A stretch of 64,000 bases of DNA from an uncultured Pseudomonadota bacterium. GTDB taxonomy: Bacteria; Oederibacteriota; Muellerivitia; Muellerivitales; Muellerivitaceae. The position numbers and the translations under genes are program-made. The stretch lies in NCBI GenBank assembly GCA_963843375.1, contig CAWJKT010000014.1, positions 64,001 through 128,000 on the forward strand, in the 5' to 3' direction. Of this stretch, positions 40,849 to 51,402 are shown piece after piece; within the stretch, counting starts at the first letter, position 1, and each line of letters opens with the position of its first letter. Under the pieces are notes generated by a model that saw only the letters and a program-made list of their open reading frames with translations, ran no database searches and was not told the origin of the DNA.

Positions 40849-42627
40849 ATGCGCCTGAAAAAAATGATTCTTCTATTGCTTTTGATCTTTTGTGGGTTTG
40901 TTTTCCCGGCTTCGGCAAAAGTCCCGAGTCTTTCCGGTAAGGAAGTCTTTGTTCCGGGTGAAATCATCGTCCGATTTAAAGAGGGCGTTTCCCCTGATGA
41001 TCGGGGCAAGGCTCTCTCTGCCATGGGAGCTGCCCGCGCCTTAAACCATCCTAATTTTTATAAGATCAAGTTAAAACCGGGCATGGATGTGCGAAACGCA
41101 GTCGATCAAATGGGGAAGGATCCATCGGTTCAATATGCCCAACCCAATTACCGATATTATGCCTTAGGGTCGGTTTGTACATTGCCCGGGGATGTTTATG
41201 ACGAGGGTTATACGACGGTGGCGAGTTGGCCCTTCCTCAAGATCCAGATGGATAAGGCCGTCACGGTTTTTGACGGTTGGACTACTTGCCCGCCAAACGG
41301 GAGCGCTTCTGTGACGGTGGCGGTTCTTGATTCAGGAATTTCGCGCAATCATCCCGATCTGAAACAGGTGCCTTTGATTGGTTATAACGCCATATGTGAT
41401 GTTCAGGAAGAGGATGCTTCGTGCGTTTGCAACGCTCAAGTTACCGATGGAGCCGGTGTAACGGCCAGTATGGATGATTTTGGACACGGGACTTATGTTT
41501 CGGGAATTGTTGGAGCGGTATGGAACGCTACCACGCCCAATACTGAAACGGGTTCCTGTAATTTCAGTATTACTTCAGGTGTTGCAGGCGTGGCGCCTGG
41601 TAGCATCTTGCTGGCCGTAAAGGTTTTGGACTGCACCGGGTCTGGTACCACCGACAGCATTGTCTCCGGCACCGATTATGCCGTTGCCCACGGGGCGAAG
41701 GTTTTGAATTTTTCCCTTGGATCCAGTCCGTCCGGAGGGCTTGATCCTGCCGAACAAGAGGCCTTGGACAACGCTTTGGCCAACGGGTGCGTAATTGTGG
41801 CGGCCGCGGGCAATGAATCCAACCTCCCCCAGACCCTCGCTCCGCTCGATTATCCTGCGGCCTATCCGCCCGTGGTTTCTGTCGGGGCGACCGACCCTAG
41901 TGACCAGGTTGCCTTTTATTCCAATGGCGGGCCTAATTTGGAACTAGTGGCACCTGGAGGCTTTGGCACCGGAGTTTACCAGCCCGCTCTTGACGTATTC
42001 AGTTCGTTTCTTTGTCCGCTTTCCTCTGCGGCGATATCAGAGGGTGGATTTTCGGCTTTGACCAGTGATTCGAATTTTGGCACGGCTGCCGGGACGTCCG
42101 CCGCAACTCCATTTGTCTCCGCAACTGCGGCATTGATCTTTTCCCTCTACCCCAACCTCACTAATACCCAAGTCGTTCAAGCCATCATCAATAACACCGA
42201 CAGTTTGGATGGAAATACCGGGTGGAATTCTAAAACCGGTTATGGGCGGCTTAATGTTTATCAAGCGCTTCTGAACGCCGGGAACGGCGGGGGACAAATT
42301 ACGGATTATATCCAGACCTTCAACAGCCCCAATCCTTTTTATACCGAACTTACAGGGACGACCAATATCACCCTGGCCATTTCTCAGCCCGCGCCTGTGG
42401 AATTGACCATTTATGATTCCTCGGGGGAATTGGTTTTTCATCATAATTACAATGCTTCCGAACTTAATAACAATCCATCCAATCCGCAATTCAAGTCTTA
42501 TTACATACCCTGGGATGGACGTAACGGCTCGGGGCAACAGGTTGTTACCGGAATTTATTTTTACAGTGTGAAGGTGAACGGCCAAGCCGGGAGAAACAAG
42601 ATCGCCCTTATCCAGGGAACGAAATGA
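40849..42627 (+). CDS. Secreted S8 subtilase with C-terminal T9SS/FlgD-Ig-like domain
   Basis: Signal peptide, prodomain, catalytic VLDSG, GHGT, GTSAATP, oxyanion AAAGN; tail SPNPF...IYDSSGELV...WDGRNGSG...TGIYFY. Confidence 0.92.
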   Translation: MRLKKMILLLLLIFCGFVFPASAKVPSLSGKEVFVPGEIIVRFKEGVSPDDRGKALSAMGAARALNHPNFYKIKLKPGMDVRNAVDQMGKDPSVQYAQPNYRYYALGSVCTLPGDVYDEGYTTVASWPFLKIQMDKAVTVFDGWTTCPPNGSASVTVAVLDSGISRNHPDLKQVPLIGYNAICDVQEEDASCVCNAQVTDGAGVTASMDDFGHGTYVSGIVGAVWNATTPNTETGSCNFSITSGVAGVAPGSILLAVKVLDCTGSGTTDSIVSGTDYAVAHGAKVLNFSLGSSPSGGLDPAEQEALDNALANGCVIVAAAGNESNLPQTLAPLDYPAAYPPVVSVGATDPSDQVAFYSNGGPNLELVAPGGFGTGVYQPALDVFSSFLCPLSSAAISEGGFSALTSDSNFGTAAGTSAATPFVSATAALIFSLYPNLTNTQVVQAIINNTDSLDGNTGWNSKTGYGRLNVYQALLNAGNGGGQITDYIQTFNSPNPFYTELTGTTNITLAISQPAPVELTIYDSSGELVFHHNYNASELNNNPSNPQFKSYYIPWDGRNGSGQQVVTGIYFYSVKVNGQAGRNKIALIQGTK

Positions 42628-43649
42628 AATTCCTCCCACTTGGAGGCCGTGGCGGTGAATGGAGAGGCTTTAATAGCCCTTCTGCCCGGAAACTCTTTAA
42701 TCTCCGGATTTTTCTCTGTCTCAGCTTGTCTTTGGGGTTATTAGGAAAGCGGTCTTTTGCCGATCAACAGGGAGGCCAGCGACCGGCGGCTTATTTGGAA
42801 TACGGGGCGGGTGGAGTGGAAAATGCCATGGGCGGGGCGGATACCGCGGGGCGTGGCGACGCGGCGAATGGATTTTGGAACCCGGCGGGACTGAGCGGTT
42901 TAAGAGGTTTTCAATTAGAAAACCAATACACCCTAATGTCCCTGGGACAAGAATTAAATTTTGCCGCTTTCGCTAACGGTTACCGCGATATGTTTTTTTA
43001 CGGTCTTTCATGGTTTCTTTATAGCGCGGGAGGGGACATTGAGGCGAGGACGGGGCCATCCCTGGAGCCGGATAGTATTTTTGGCGACATGGAGATGACT
43101 TTCCTGGCTTCCATAGCCTTTAAGCTGGACCCCCAATGGTCCATCGGGTGGAACATAAAAATATTGACCCAAACCTTCAACAGTTATTCGGGATTTGGAT
43201 TGGGGGAGGATATGGGGATTCAATTGCGCCTCACCCAATTTGAAACCATCGGCTTGATGATCCAGGACCCGTTCACATTTATGAACTTTGACAATTCGAT
43301 CACCGATTATGTCCCTCCCACTTTTAAGGCGGGTTTTGCCGAACGAGATGTGGCTCTTAACGCGAAACTTCATTTTGACCTGGACTGGAGCCCGGATTTG
43401 GGATTGGAACCCCATTTGGGGGTGGAGTGGCGGCCGAATGATGTGCTGGCTTTGAGAGTTGGAGGTTGGATGGAAAACTTGACAGCTGGGACTTCGGGAG
43501 GAGCTGTCTTGATCGATCCGACTGCGGGGTTTGGAATTTATGTTCCAATGGGAGAAAGTCAGCTTGAATTGGATTATGTCATTTTGAATGATCGTGTTGA
43601 TCAAGGGAATTTTCTGCACCAGATTTCCATCACCGGTAAATTTCTTTGA
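42624..43649 (+). CDS. PorV/PorQ-like outer-membrane beta-barrel
   Basis: YLEYGAGG...AMGGA...FWNPAGL N-terminal motif; amphipathic strands; ends HQISITGKFL. Confidence 0.72.
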   Translation: MKFLPLGGRGGEWRGFNSPSARKLFNLRIFLCLSLSLGLLGKRSFADQQGGQRPAAYLEYGAGGVENAMGGADTAGRGDAANGFWNPAGLSGLRGFQLENQYTLMSLGQELNFAAFANGYRDMFFYGLSWFLYSAGGDIEARTGPSLEPDSIFGDMEMTFLASIAFKLDPQWSIGWNIKILTQTFNSYSGFGLGEDMGIQLRLTQFETIGLMIQDPFTFMNFDNSITDYVPPTFKAGFAERDVALNAKLHFDLDWSPDLGLEPHLGVEWRPNDVLALRVGGWMENLTAGTSGGAVLIDPTAGFGIYVPMGESQLELDYVILNDRVDQGNFLHQISITGKFL

Positions 43650-43704
43650 TGATATCCTTTAATCGGTTGTAATGAATTATCGGTTCGGATTAAAACGAGG
43701 TTTT

Positions 43705-44532
43705 ATGCAAAATTCTCAAAAATTGAAATCCCGACTTGAACTTTGCCGTCGTTTGGGAATTCGTTACGTTACTCTAAGTGTTCCGGCTGACGAGGAAATC
43801 CCGGGTTACTCGCCTAAAGTTACTTCAAATCCATCCCCTTCCGTCGAAACGATTTCCGATACAAATGAACGGGAAGAGGCTTCGGCGTCTCCCGTGAAGC
43901 AAGGGATACCTGGCGCCGATCAGATGACGCCCAATTGGTTGACGGCCTTTCCTGAGTCGATCCAAGCGATGGAACTTTTGGCTTTCAATCGGGACATTTG
44001 CGAATGCCAAAATTGCCCCTTGGGAAAAACACGCCAAAAATTTGTTTTTGGAAGCGGCAGTCCCCGCGCTGAGGTCATGTTTGTAGGGGAAGCCCCAGGG
44101 GCGGATGAAGACGCCCAAGGTCTGCCATTCGTGGGTAAAGCCGGCCAACTGTTGACCAAGATCATCGAGTCGACCAAAATCTGGAAAAGATCCGATGTTT
44201 TTATCTGCAATGTCCTCAAGTGCCGTCCCCCTGGAAACCGGACACCCCAACCCGAAGAAGTGGAACAGTGTCGACCTTACTTGGAAGAACAAATCCGCAT
44301 TCTTAAGCCCAAATTCATCATGGCTTTGGGGGCCAGTGCGGCTCAGGCGCTTTTGAAAACTAAGGATTCGGTGGGAAAACTCCGCAATAAATGGCATGAT
44401 TTTAACGGAATTCAACTCCGGGTGACCTATCACCCAGCCGCCCTTTTAAGGTTCGACGGGTATAAGAAGGACGTCTGGGAGGATATGAAAGAATTGACAA
44501 CCAAGTATTTGGAAATAAAGAACGGTCAATAA
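43705..44532 (+). CDS. Family 4 uracil-DNA glycosylase (Fe-S)
   Basis: [40 protein letters not shown] supports 43705. Confidence 0.93.
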   Translation: MQNSQKLKSRLELCRRLGIRYVTLSVPADEEIPGYSPKVTSNPSPSVETISDTNEREEASASPVKQGIPGADQMTPNWLTAFPESIQAMELLAFNRDICECQNCPLGKTRQKFVFGSGSPRAEVMFVGEAPGADEDAQGLPFVGKAGQLLTKIIESTKIWKRSDVFICNVLKCRPPGNRTPQPEEVEQCRPYLEEQIRILKPKFIMALGASAAQALLKTKDSVGKLRNKWHDFNGIQLRVTYHPAALLRFDGYKKDVWEDMKELTTKYLEIKNGQ

Positions 44533-44625
44533 CTCGCCCTTTCTTGGAATTTAAACAAAAATATAACCTCTTCTAAAATAACGTTTTCAGTGGATTTTTA
44601 GTCAAGCCAAGGATGGGCTGAATCT

Positions 44626-44634
44626 TGGTATACT
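44626..44634 (+). promoter_or_regulatory. Extended -10 promoter, probably giving a leaderless transcript
   Basis: TG-G-TATACT followed by 6 nt and then the ATG at 44641. Confidence 0.5.
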
Positions 44635-44640
44635 TTGCGC

Positions 44641-47600
44641 ATGAAAAAGGCCTCTTTTCTTGGAGTTAAAGTACTTTCCCAACGATTAGGACGACTAGTT
44701 CCACTGTTCGTTTTTCCAATTCTGCTTACTTCCTCATGTTTTTTAACCATAGTGAAACAAGCCAATGCCGCTATTACCTTTGATGCGGCGGATTCCACCA
44801 GGGCCAATACGCAGAGTGTGACGTTTGACCACACGGTTAGTGGCCAAGAAACCTTGTTAATTCTCCAAGCGGATATCAGATATGGTTTCGGCGGGGCAGT
44901 TTCTGTCATCTCGGCGAATTATGGGGGGGTACCACTAACCCTTGTGCTTTCCGATCAGGATACGACATTTAATGACTTGGAGACTTGGTACCTGTTGTCT
45001 CCCGCAAGTGGTCCGAGCAGCGTCGTTGTAAACTTAACTGGAACCCCGACCGCCGGGAATTATGGAATCCTCAGTTACGATGGTGTTGATCAAACAACTC
45101 CGTTGGGAGTTACGTTTTTCGCCGCCAATGCCGCCAATACTTCGCAAACATTTAATGTCACCAGCACAACGGCCAATAGTGTTTTGCTTTCGAATTTTCT
45201 TTGGAATTCAAATTCCGTCAATATAAACGAATTTGGCGCGGGGCAAACCCAGAGATGGTCTGAAAGCAGTTCCCGTAGCTCAGAGGGAGACGATTTTTTT
45301 ACAACCACGGTCGGGTCGAATTCAATGAGTTATACTCTTTCCGGTTCCGTAGCTGCCGATGGTGAAATAGTTGAAATCATACCGGCTCCAACACAGACCC
45401 CGACGAATACCGCAACCAACACCACGACGGATACGGTTACGTCAACCCCGACGGTGACTCTCTCGCCCACAAGTACCCCGACGGATACGGCAAGCTATAC
45501 AACAACGGAAACGACGACGAATACGGCGACTTTGACCCCGACGGCGACACCTCAGCCGCGGCTGATTCTATCGTGGAATAACGAACCGGCGTCCCAGGCC
45601 TATTTATATAACCAGGCGAATGTGACAGGAATTCAGGTGGTACTGAAGGCGTTTGGACAGGAGCCGGTATCGGTAAGCCAACTGGCTTTTGGATTGGGTG
45701 GAACCCTGGGGTATACGGAAGTGTTAACAGGAACTGTGGCATTGTACCCGGATGCAGGGACGAATGAGACGTTGGGGGTTTATAACGGGGCACCCAGCCC
45801 GACACCGATTGCGACTGGAAGCTTTTCGGTCAACGGGTCAGTTACCTTTGGCGGATTGGCAAATTTAGCAGTGAATCCAGCAACGGGGCCCCAAACTCTG
45901 CTTTTGGTTTTTAGCCTCCAAGCCAATGGTGGAGAGACCTTTAACAATACGATTAGCCCTTCATCGATTGTGGCTGCGGGTGTAACGACGGGGACGCCTG
46001 CTTTGGTTTTGGGATCATTGATCAACGGAAATACGTTTACGGTCACGGGTCCCACGGCAACGCCAACCGCAACGCCAACGAATACGGCGACCAACACGGC
46101 AACCTTGACTGCGACGGTAACAGCGACGAACAGCCCGACTTTCACCACAACCCCGACCCCAACCAACACGCCGGTCAATCCCCCGGTAACGGTAGCTCTG
46201 TCGGTACCAACAGTAAGCCTGACAGTGATCCCGGGGACTGCCGGGGTGACGGTGATACAGTTGCAAGTGACCAACAATAGCGCAACTGAGGGAGTATCAC
46301 TGTTATCAATTGTTTTAGATGGTACCAGTTTTAACGACTCAGCCGGAATAGCTCAGGTAAATCTTTATGATTCAACGGGCTTGGTAACGAGCGGGACATT
46401 TAAGGCTTCGGGAGCGCCCTTGACTTTGGTTTTGGCCCCACTCGAAACCTTGGGGGCCTCGGGGTCGGCCACTGCGACACAATCCTTTGTGGTTACCTAT
46501 GATTTCTCTAACGACCAGGTAGCGACCAACTACAGTTTGGGGTTAGGCATCGGTAGTTTGACTGGTACCGGGGTTTTGAGTGGAAAGCCGATTACTGTTA
46601 CGGGATTGCCGCTGGGTGGAAACACAATCACTGTGGTTTTGCCGACCTCAACCCTCACCAATACAGCCACGAACAGCGCGACGAGTACGGCAACCCCTAC
46701 GGCGACCTTCACGACAACGGACACTCCCACGGATACGGCAAGCTATACAGCGACGGAAACAGCGACGAACACGACGACCTTAACGCCCACAGTGACGCCC
46801 CAATCCCGGTTGGTACTATCGTGGAATAACGAACCGGCGTCCCAGGCCTATTTTTACAATCAGGCCAATGTGACGGGAATCCAGGTGGTATTGAAGGCGC
46901 TTGGACAGGAGCCGGTTTCAGTGACCCAAATTTCCTTTGGATTGGGCGGAACGCTTTTGAGCGGGGAGGTAGTGACAGGAAGCGTGGCATTGTTCCCAGA
47001 TACAGGTACGGGCGGAGATGATGGAGGAGGAAACGGGCTCTATACAGGTGGTGGGAGCGCATTGGCAACCGGGAGTTTTACGGGTGGAGCGGTAACTTTT
47101 GGGGGAATGACGAATTTGGTGGTGAATCCGACGGGAGCGCCCCAAACTCTGCTGTTGGTGTTTACCCTTCAAGCCAACGGCGGGGAGACTTTTAACAATA
47201 CGATTAGCGGCAATTCGATTACGGCGGTGAGTGCGGATTCGGGGCTCCCGGTTTCGGTTTTTGGGACATTAATCAACGGGAATACTTTTACGGTAACGGG
47301 TCCAACGGCGACGCCTTCATTCACTCCGACCAATACGGCGACGAATACGGCGACGAATAGCGCAACGAATACCGCGACGAATACGGCGACATCAACCCCT
47401 ACAGAAACATTCACGACGACGAACACCCCGACGGATACGGCGACCAATACGGTGACGAATACGGCTACCGCTACGACCACAAATACGCCCACAGATAGCG
47501 CGACGAATACCGCAACCAATACGGCGACCTTCACGACAACGAACACCCCGACAGATACGGCGACCAATACGGCGACGAATACGACTTCCGCTACGACTAC

Positions 47601-50600
47601 TGATACAGCCACGAACAGCGCGACGAGTACGGCAACCCCTACGGCGACCTTCACGACAACGGACACTCCCACGGATACGGCAAGCTATACAGCGACGGAA
47701 ACAGCGACGAACACGACGACCTTAACGCCCACAGTGACGCCCCAATCCCGGTTGGTACTATCGTGGAATAACGAACCGGCGTCCCAGGCCTATTTTTACA
47801 ATCAGGCCAATGTGACGGGAATCCAGGTGGTATTGAAGGCGCTTGGACAGGAGCCGGTTTCAGTGACCCAAATTTCCTTTGGATTGGGCGGAACGCTTTT
47901 GAGCGGGGAGGTAGTGACAGGAAGCGTGGCATTGTTCCCAGATACAGGTACGGGCGGAGATGATGGAGGAGGAAACGGGCTCTATACAGGTGGTGGGAGC
48001 GCATTGGCAACCGGGAGTTTTACGGGTGGAGCGGTAACTTTTGGGGGAATGACGAATTTGGTGGTGAATCCGACGGGAGCGCCCCAAACTCTGCTGTTGG
48101 TGTTTACCCTTCAAGCCAACGGCGGGGAGACTTTTAACAATACGATTAGCGGCAATTCGATTACGGCGGTGAGTGCGGATTCGGGGCTCCCGGTTTCGGT
48201 TTTTGGGACATTAATCAACGGGAATACTTTTACGGTAACGGGTCCAACGGCGACGCCTTCATTCACTCCGACCAATACGGCGACGAATACGGCGACGAAT
48301 ACGGCTACCTCTACAACCACAAATACAGCTACGTCAACCCCGACTCAAACAGCTACATTCACCACCACCAGCACCCCCACGAACACCGCGAGCAGTACTC
48401 CCTCTGCCACCCCGACGGCTACCTTTTCAACACCTGATGTAAGTGTTGCCCTGTTTGGCGGTTTGGGGCCATCCACTCAAATTCCGGGAGCATCCAACAT
48501 TCCGGACTTAGAAGTGGTGGTTAGTAACAATAGTGCCGAAGGAATTAGTTTGGTCGATATAGTGTTTTCGTCAAATGGCCCGGGAAATGCGGGGATAACA
48601 CTTGTAAGTTTATATAGAGGTAGTGGCGATGCTCCGGCAAGTCTTGTGCAAAGCGGTCCTTATAGCGCCAGCAATACGGTTACATTGGGTTTGCCGCTCC
48701 TGGACAATATTCCATCCGGCCAGGCACAAACCTATACCGTCGCATTTGATTTCTCGAATACAGCCCCGCCAGGGGCCTATGCGGCGATATTGACAAGTTT
48801 GCAAGGGGTCGGACAGACATCGGGTTTTCCGCTCCAAGTTACGGGAGAGCCCGTGACAGGAGTGACGATTACTATTGCCGATTCAACTTTTACTCCAACA
48901 TCTACGGCTACCAACACAACCTCTAACACTCCGACCAACACTGCCACGAATACCGCAACCAATACGGCGACTAACACGGCTACAAATACCCCCACGTACA
49001 CAACCACCAATACTGCGACTAATACAGGTACATCTACCGCTACGAATACGACGACATCGACGACTACCCCTACTCCCACTAACACAACCACTAACACACC
49101 CACGAATACAGCGACGAATACGGCTACACCTACACCTGTTGATCCCCCTGTAGAAGTGGTGCAGTTGCTGACTCCAGTGACTATTGGAGTAATCCCCGGC
49201 ACAGCCGGGGTAACAGTGATGCAGTTTGCGGTGACGAATACCAGCACAACGGAAGGGGTATCTCTATTGTCTCTGACGCTCACGGGGACAACCACGGGAA
49301 CAGCAAGCGATATTAACGGGATAACGCAAGTAAAGCTTTACGACCCTTCAGGTCAGATAACAGGAGATACCTATGAATCGAGCTTTTTGACCCTGGGGTT
49401 GGCACCGGAGATAATGCTGGGAATAGCGGGATCGCCTTCTGCGGCGCAGACTTTCTACGTGACCTATGACTTTTCAGTGTCCCAATTAAGTGGGAACTAC
49501 GCGGTGACGGTCTTGGCCGGAGGATTGACGGGGACAGGAACTTCGACCGGAAAACCAATAATGGTTACAGGATTGCCGGTAGGAGGGAATCTGGTCACGG
49601 AGTCCCTGCCGACGGCTACGCCAACAAACACAGCAACGAATACGGACACGAGCACCGCCACCAATACCCCGACCAATACCGCGACCAATACGACTACCTA
49701 TACCTCCACGAGCACTCCTACTCTAACTCCTACGGAAACCACCACCAACACGCCCACTAACACAGCCACTAGTACATCCACGAACACGACCACGGCCACG
49801 ACTACCAATACCGCGACCAATACGGTTACGAATACCACAACCAATACAGCTTCAAATACCGCAACCTACACAACCACCCTCACCGCAACGATGACTCCCA
49901 CTTCAACGGCGACACCTTATCCCCCATACACTTTGGCTTTCCAGACGCCTTTCCCATCATTTATAGCCGGCGCATCGACTGGTCCCCTGACGATCCAGGT
50001 TCAAAATTCACTGGGTGGTCCAGCGACTTTCCCGACGGCGATAACTTTGGATCTTTCGGCTACGACCACCGGCGATTACAATTTCTCGCTCACTCAGGGA
50101 GGGGGGGCGGTTACCTCCTGTACTCTCCCCTCTGGAACCTCAAGCCAAGTTGTCTATTACACGGGCTTTAAGGCGGAGGTTCAGTCCTTGAATGTGACCG
50201 CCCTTGCCGCCATCCCAACTCCCTCAGTTTCCCAGGCTGCGACTGTTTTCCCGGCTGCTTACAGCAAGTTGCAAGTGCTGTTTCCAAATCAAAGTTCGGA
50301 CCCTGGAAAACCTAACACCAATAATACGGGACGAATCGGCCTTCCCAATTCGGTCGCGTCTGGCAACCCCGTGACCGCCACCGTAAACGCTGTCGATACT
50401 TTCTTCAATCCCGTCACGGTCAATATCAGCGGTCATCCGGTGACATTTAAGACTACGGATGGAACTCCGCAGAACTCCGCGGTCTTTACATCCGACACGG
50501 TCAATGCCCCTATCATATTTATCAACCCTGGTCCCCAAACTTTGACTGCTGGTGATTCGGAGACCACTTTTACCGGAAATAGCGATCAAATTACGATCTT

Positions 50601-51402
50601 GCAAGGGACGAACAGCGACGAATTAAACGTCGTCCACGGCATGCCGAACCTGTCCACGGTCATCTTGGGCCAAACGGGCGTGGAGGTACTCACTTTCAAT
50701 TTGAATGTCGAGAACGGAACCCATAACATCAAAATCAACAACTTGACCATAAATGCCCTGGATCAGGCGGGACCCTCGGGGTCGGGGGTGACCCTTGATA
50801 CCGCTTTCGAATCCTTGATCCTGGAAGGGCCATCCACGGTTCTCTCCCAACCGATCACCTTGGACGTTTCAGGATCCGGTTCGACCTCCGCCGTATTCCC
50901 GGGTCCCATCACCCTAGTGAACGGTTCCTCTCTGCCCTTGACTCTGCTTGCTGATATCCTGCCCAACGCCACGGTCAATACAGTCCTTTTATCTCTAGGA
51001 CAAAATGGGATTTCCGCCAATGACTCAACCAGCGGTGTGACGGTTGTATCCACCTGCTTCGGTGATTCCACCTGTTTCCCAATGGATTCAAATCTGATGC
51101 TGTTTAGGACTGGTGACATCGCGAGCACCTATGGCAACTATCCCAACCCTTTCCACCCCGAAATGGGCGATACAACGATTGAGTTTAATCTGTCGACTCC
51201 CCTGTCCTATACCTTGGGAATTTATGACATCCTTGGGAGGAAAGTGAAAATTTTCCAGAGCAACGGTCCACAATCCGGACTTCAACAATTGTCATGGGAT
51301 GGAAAAAACGACGCCGGTGTTTATGTCTTGAGTGGGATTTACTATGCCCAATTGAACGTGAGCGGCAATAAATATCTTCTGAAAATAGCGGTGGTGAAAT
51401 AA
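44641..51402 (+). CDS. Giant Thr-rich secreted/surface protein with repeated beta-sandwich domains and a T9SS/FlgD-Ig-like C-terminal domain
   Basis: Signal peptide ending ANA-A; TNTAT/TPT linkers; repeated domains; tail NYPNPF...IYDILGRKV...WDGKNDAG...SGIYY...KIAVVK. Confidence 0.88.
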   Translation: MKKASFLGVKVLSQRLGRLVPLFVFPILLTSSCFLTIVKQANAAITFDAADSTRANTQSVTFDHTVSGQETLLILQADIRYGFGGAVSVISANYGGVPLTLVLSDQDTTFNDLETWYLLSPASGPSSVVVNLTGTPTAGNYGILSYDGVDQTTPLGVTFFAANAANTSQTFNVTSTTANSVLLSNFLWNSNSVNINEFGAGQTQRWSESSSRSSEGDDFFTTTVGSNSMSYTLSGSVAADGEIVEIIPAPTQTPTNTATNTTTDTVTSTPTVTLSPTSTPTDTASYTTTETTTNTATLTPTATPQPRLILSWNNEPASQAYLYNQANVTGIQVVLKAFGQEPVSVSQLAFGLGGTLGYTEVLTGTVALYPDAGTNETLGVYNGAPSPTPIATGSFSVNGSVTFGGLANLAVNPATGPQTLLLVFSLQANGGETFNNTISPSSIVAAGVTTGTPALVLGSLINGNTFTVTGPTATPTATPTNTATNTATLTATVTATNSPTFTTTPTPTNTPVNPPVTVALSVPTVSLTVIPGTAGVTVIQLQVTNNSATEGVSLLSIVLDGTSFNDSAGIAQVNLYDSTGLVTSGTFKASGAPLTLVLAPLETLGASGSATATQSFVVTYDFSNDQVATNYSLGLGIGSLTGTGVLSGKPITVTGLPLGGNTITVVLPTSTLTNTATNSATSTATPTATFTTTDTPTDTASYTATETATNTTTLTPTVTPQSRLVLSWNNEPASQAYFYNQANVTGIQVVLKALGQEPVSVTQISFGLGGTLLSGEVVTGSVALFPDTGTGGDDGGGNGLYTGGGSALATGSFTGGAVTFGGMTNLVVNPTGAPQTLLLVFTLQANGGETFNNTISGNSITAVSADSGLPVSVFGTLINGNTFTVTGPTATPSFTPTNTATNTATNSATNTATNTATSTPTETFTTTNTPTDTATNTVTNTATATTTNTPTDSATNTATNTATFTTTNTPTDTATNTATNTTSATTTDTATNSATSTATPTATFTTTDTPTDTASYTATETATNTTTLTPTVTPQSRLVLSWNNEPASQAYFYNQANVTGIQVVLKALGQEPVSVTQISFGLGGTLLSGEVVTGSVALFPDTGTGGDDGGGNGLYTGGGSALATGSFTGGAVTFGGMTNLVVNPTGAPQTLLLVFTLQANGGETFNNTISGNSITAVSADSGLPVSVFGTLINGNTFTVTGPTATPSFTPTNTATNTATNTATSTTTNTATSTPTQTATFTTTSTPTNTASSTPSATPTATFSTPDVSVALFGGLGPSTQIPGASNIPDLEVVVSNNSAEGISLVDIVFSSNGPGNAGITLVSLYRGSGDAPASLVQSGPYSASNTVTLGLPLLDNIPSGQAQTYTVAFDFSNTAPPGAYAAILTSLQGVGQTSGFPLQVTGEPVTGVTITIADSTFTPTSTATNTTSNTPTNTATNTATNTATNTATNTPTYTTTNTATNTGTSTATNTTTSTTTPTPTNTTTNTPTNTATNTATPTPVDPPVEVVQLLTPVTIGVIPGTAGVTVMQFAVTNTSTTEGVSLLSLTLTGTTTGTASDINGITQVKLYDPSGQITGDTYESSFLTLGLAPEIMLGIAGSPSAAQTFYVTYDFSVSQLSGNYAVTVLAGGLTGTGTSTGKPIMVTGLPVGGNLVTESLPTATPTNTATNTDTSTATNTPTNTATNTTTYTSTSTPTLTPTETTTNTPTNTATSTSTNTTTATTTNTATNTVTNTTTNTASNTATYTTTLTATMTPTSTATPYPPYTLAFQTPFPSFIAGASTGPLTIQVQNSLGGPATFPTAITLDLSATTTGDYNFSLTQGGGAVTSCTLPSGTSSQVVYYTGFKAEVQSLNVTALAAIPTPSVSQAATVFPAAYSKLQVLFPNQSSDPGKPNTNNTGRIGLPNSVASGNPVTATVNAVDTFFNPVTVNISGHPVTFKTTDGTPQNSAVFTSDTVNAPIIFINPGPQTLTAGDSETTFTGNSDQITILQGTNSDELNVVHGMPNLSTVILGQTGVEVLTFNLNVENGTHNIKINNLTINALDQAGPSGSGVTLDTAFESLILEGPSTVLSQPITLDVSGSGSTSAVFPGPITLVNGSSLPLTLLADILPNATVNTVLLSLGQNGISANDSTSGVTVVSTCFGDSTCFPMDSNLMLFRTGDIASTYGNYPNPFHPEMGDTTIEFNLSTPLSYTLGIYDILGRKVKIFQSNGPQSGLQQLSWDGKNDAGVYVLSGIYYAQLNVSGNKYLLKIAVVK
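46661..47359 (+). repeat. 699-bp direct repeat, copy 1 (intragenic)
   Basis: Matches 47603-48301 at offset 942; the overlapping minus-strand ORFs translate identically in both copies. Confidence 0.92.
47603..48301 (+). repeat. 699-bp direct repeat, copy 2 (intragenic)
   Basis: Matches 46661-47359; a diverged third copy lies at about 45477-46095. Confidence 0.92.

Noticed and set aside
45385..49920. ACGAATACGGCG-like short repeats as a CRISPR array
   Set aside because: They are degenerate, in-frame codons for TNTAT linkers; there is no constant repeat with unique spacers and no cas gene
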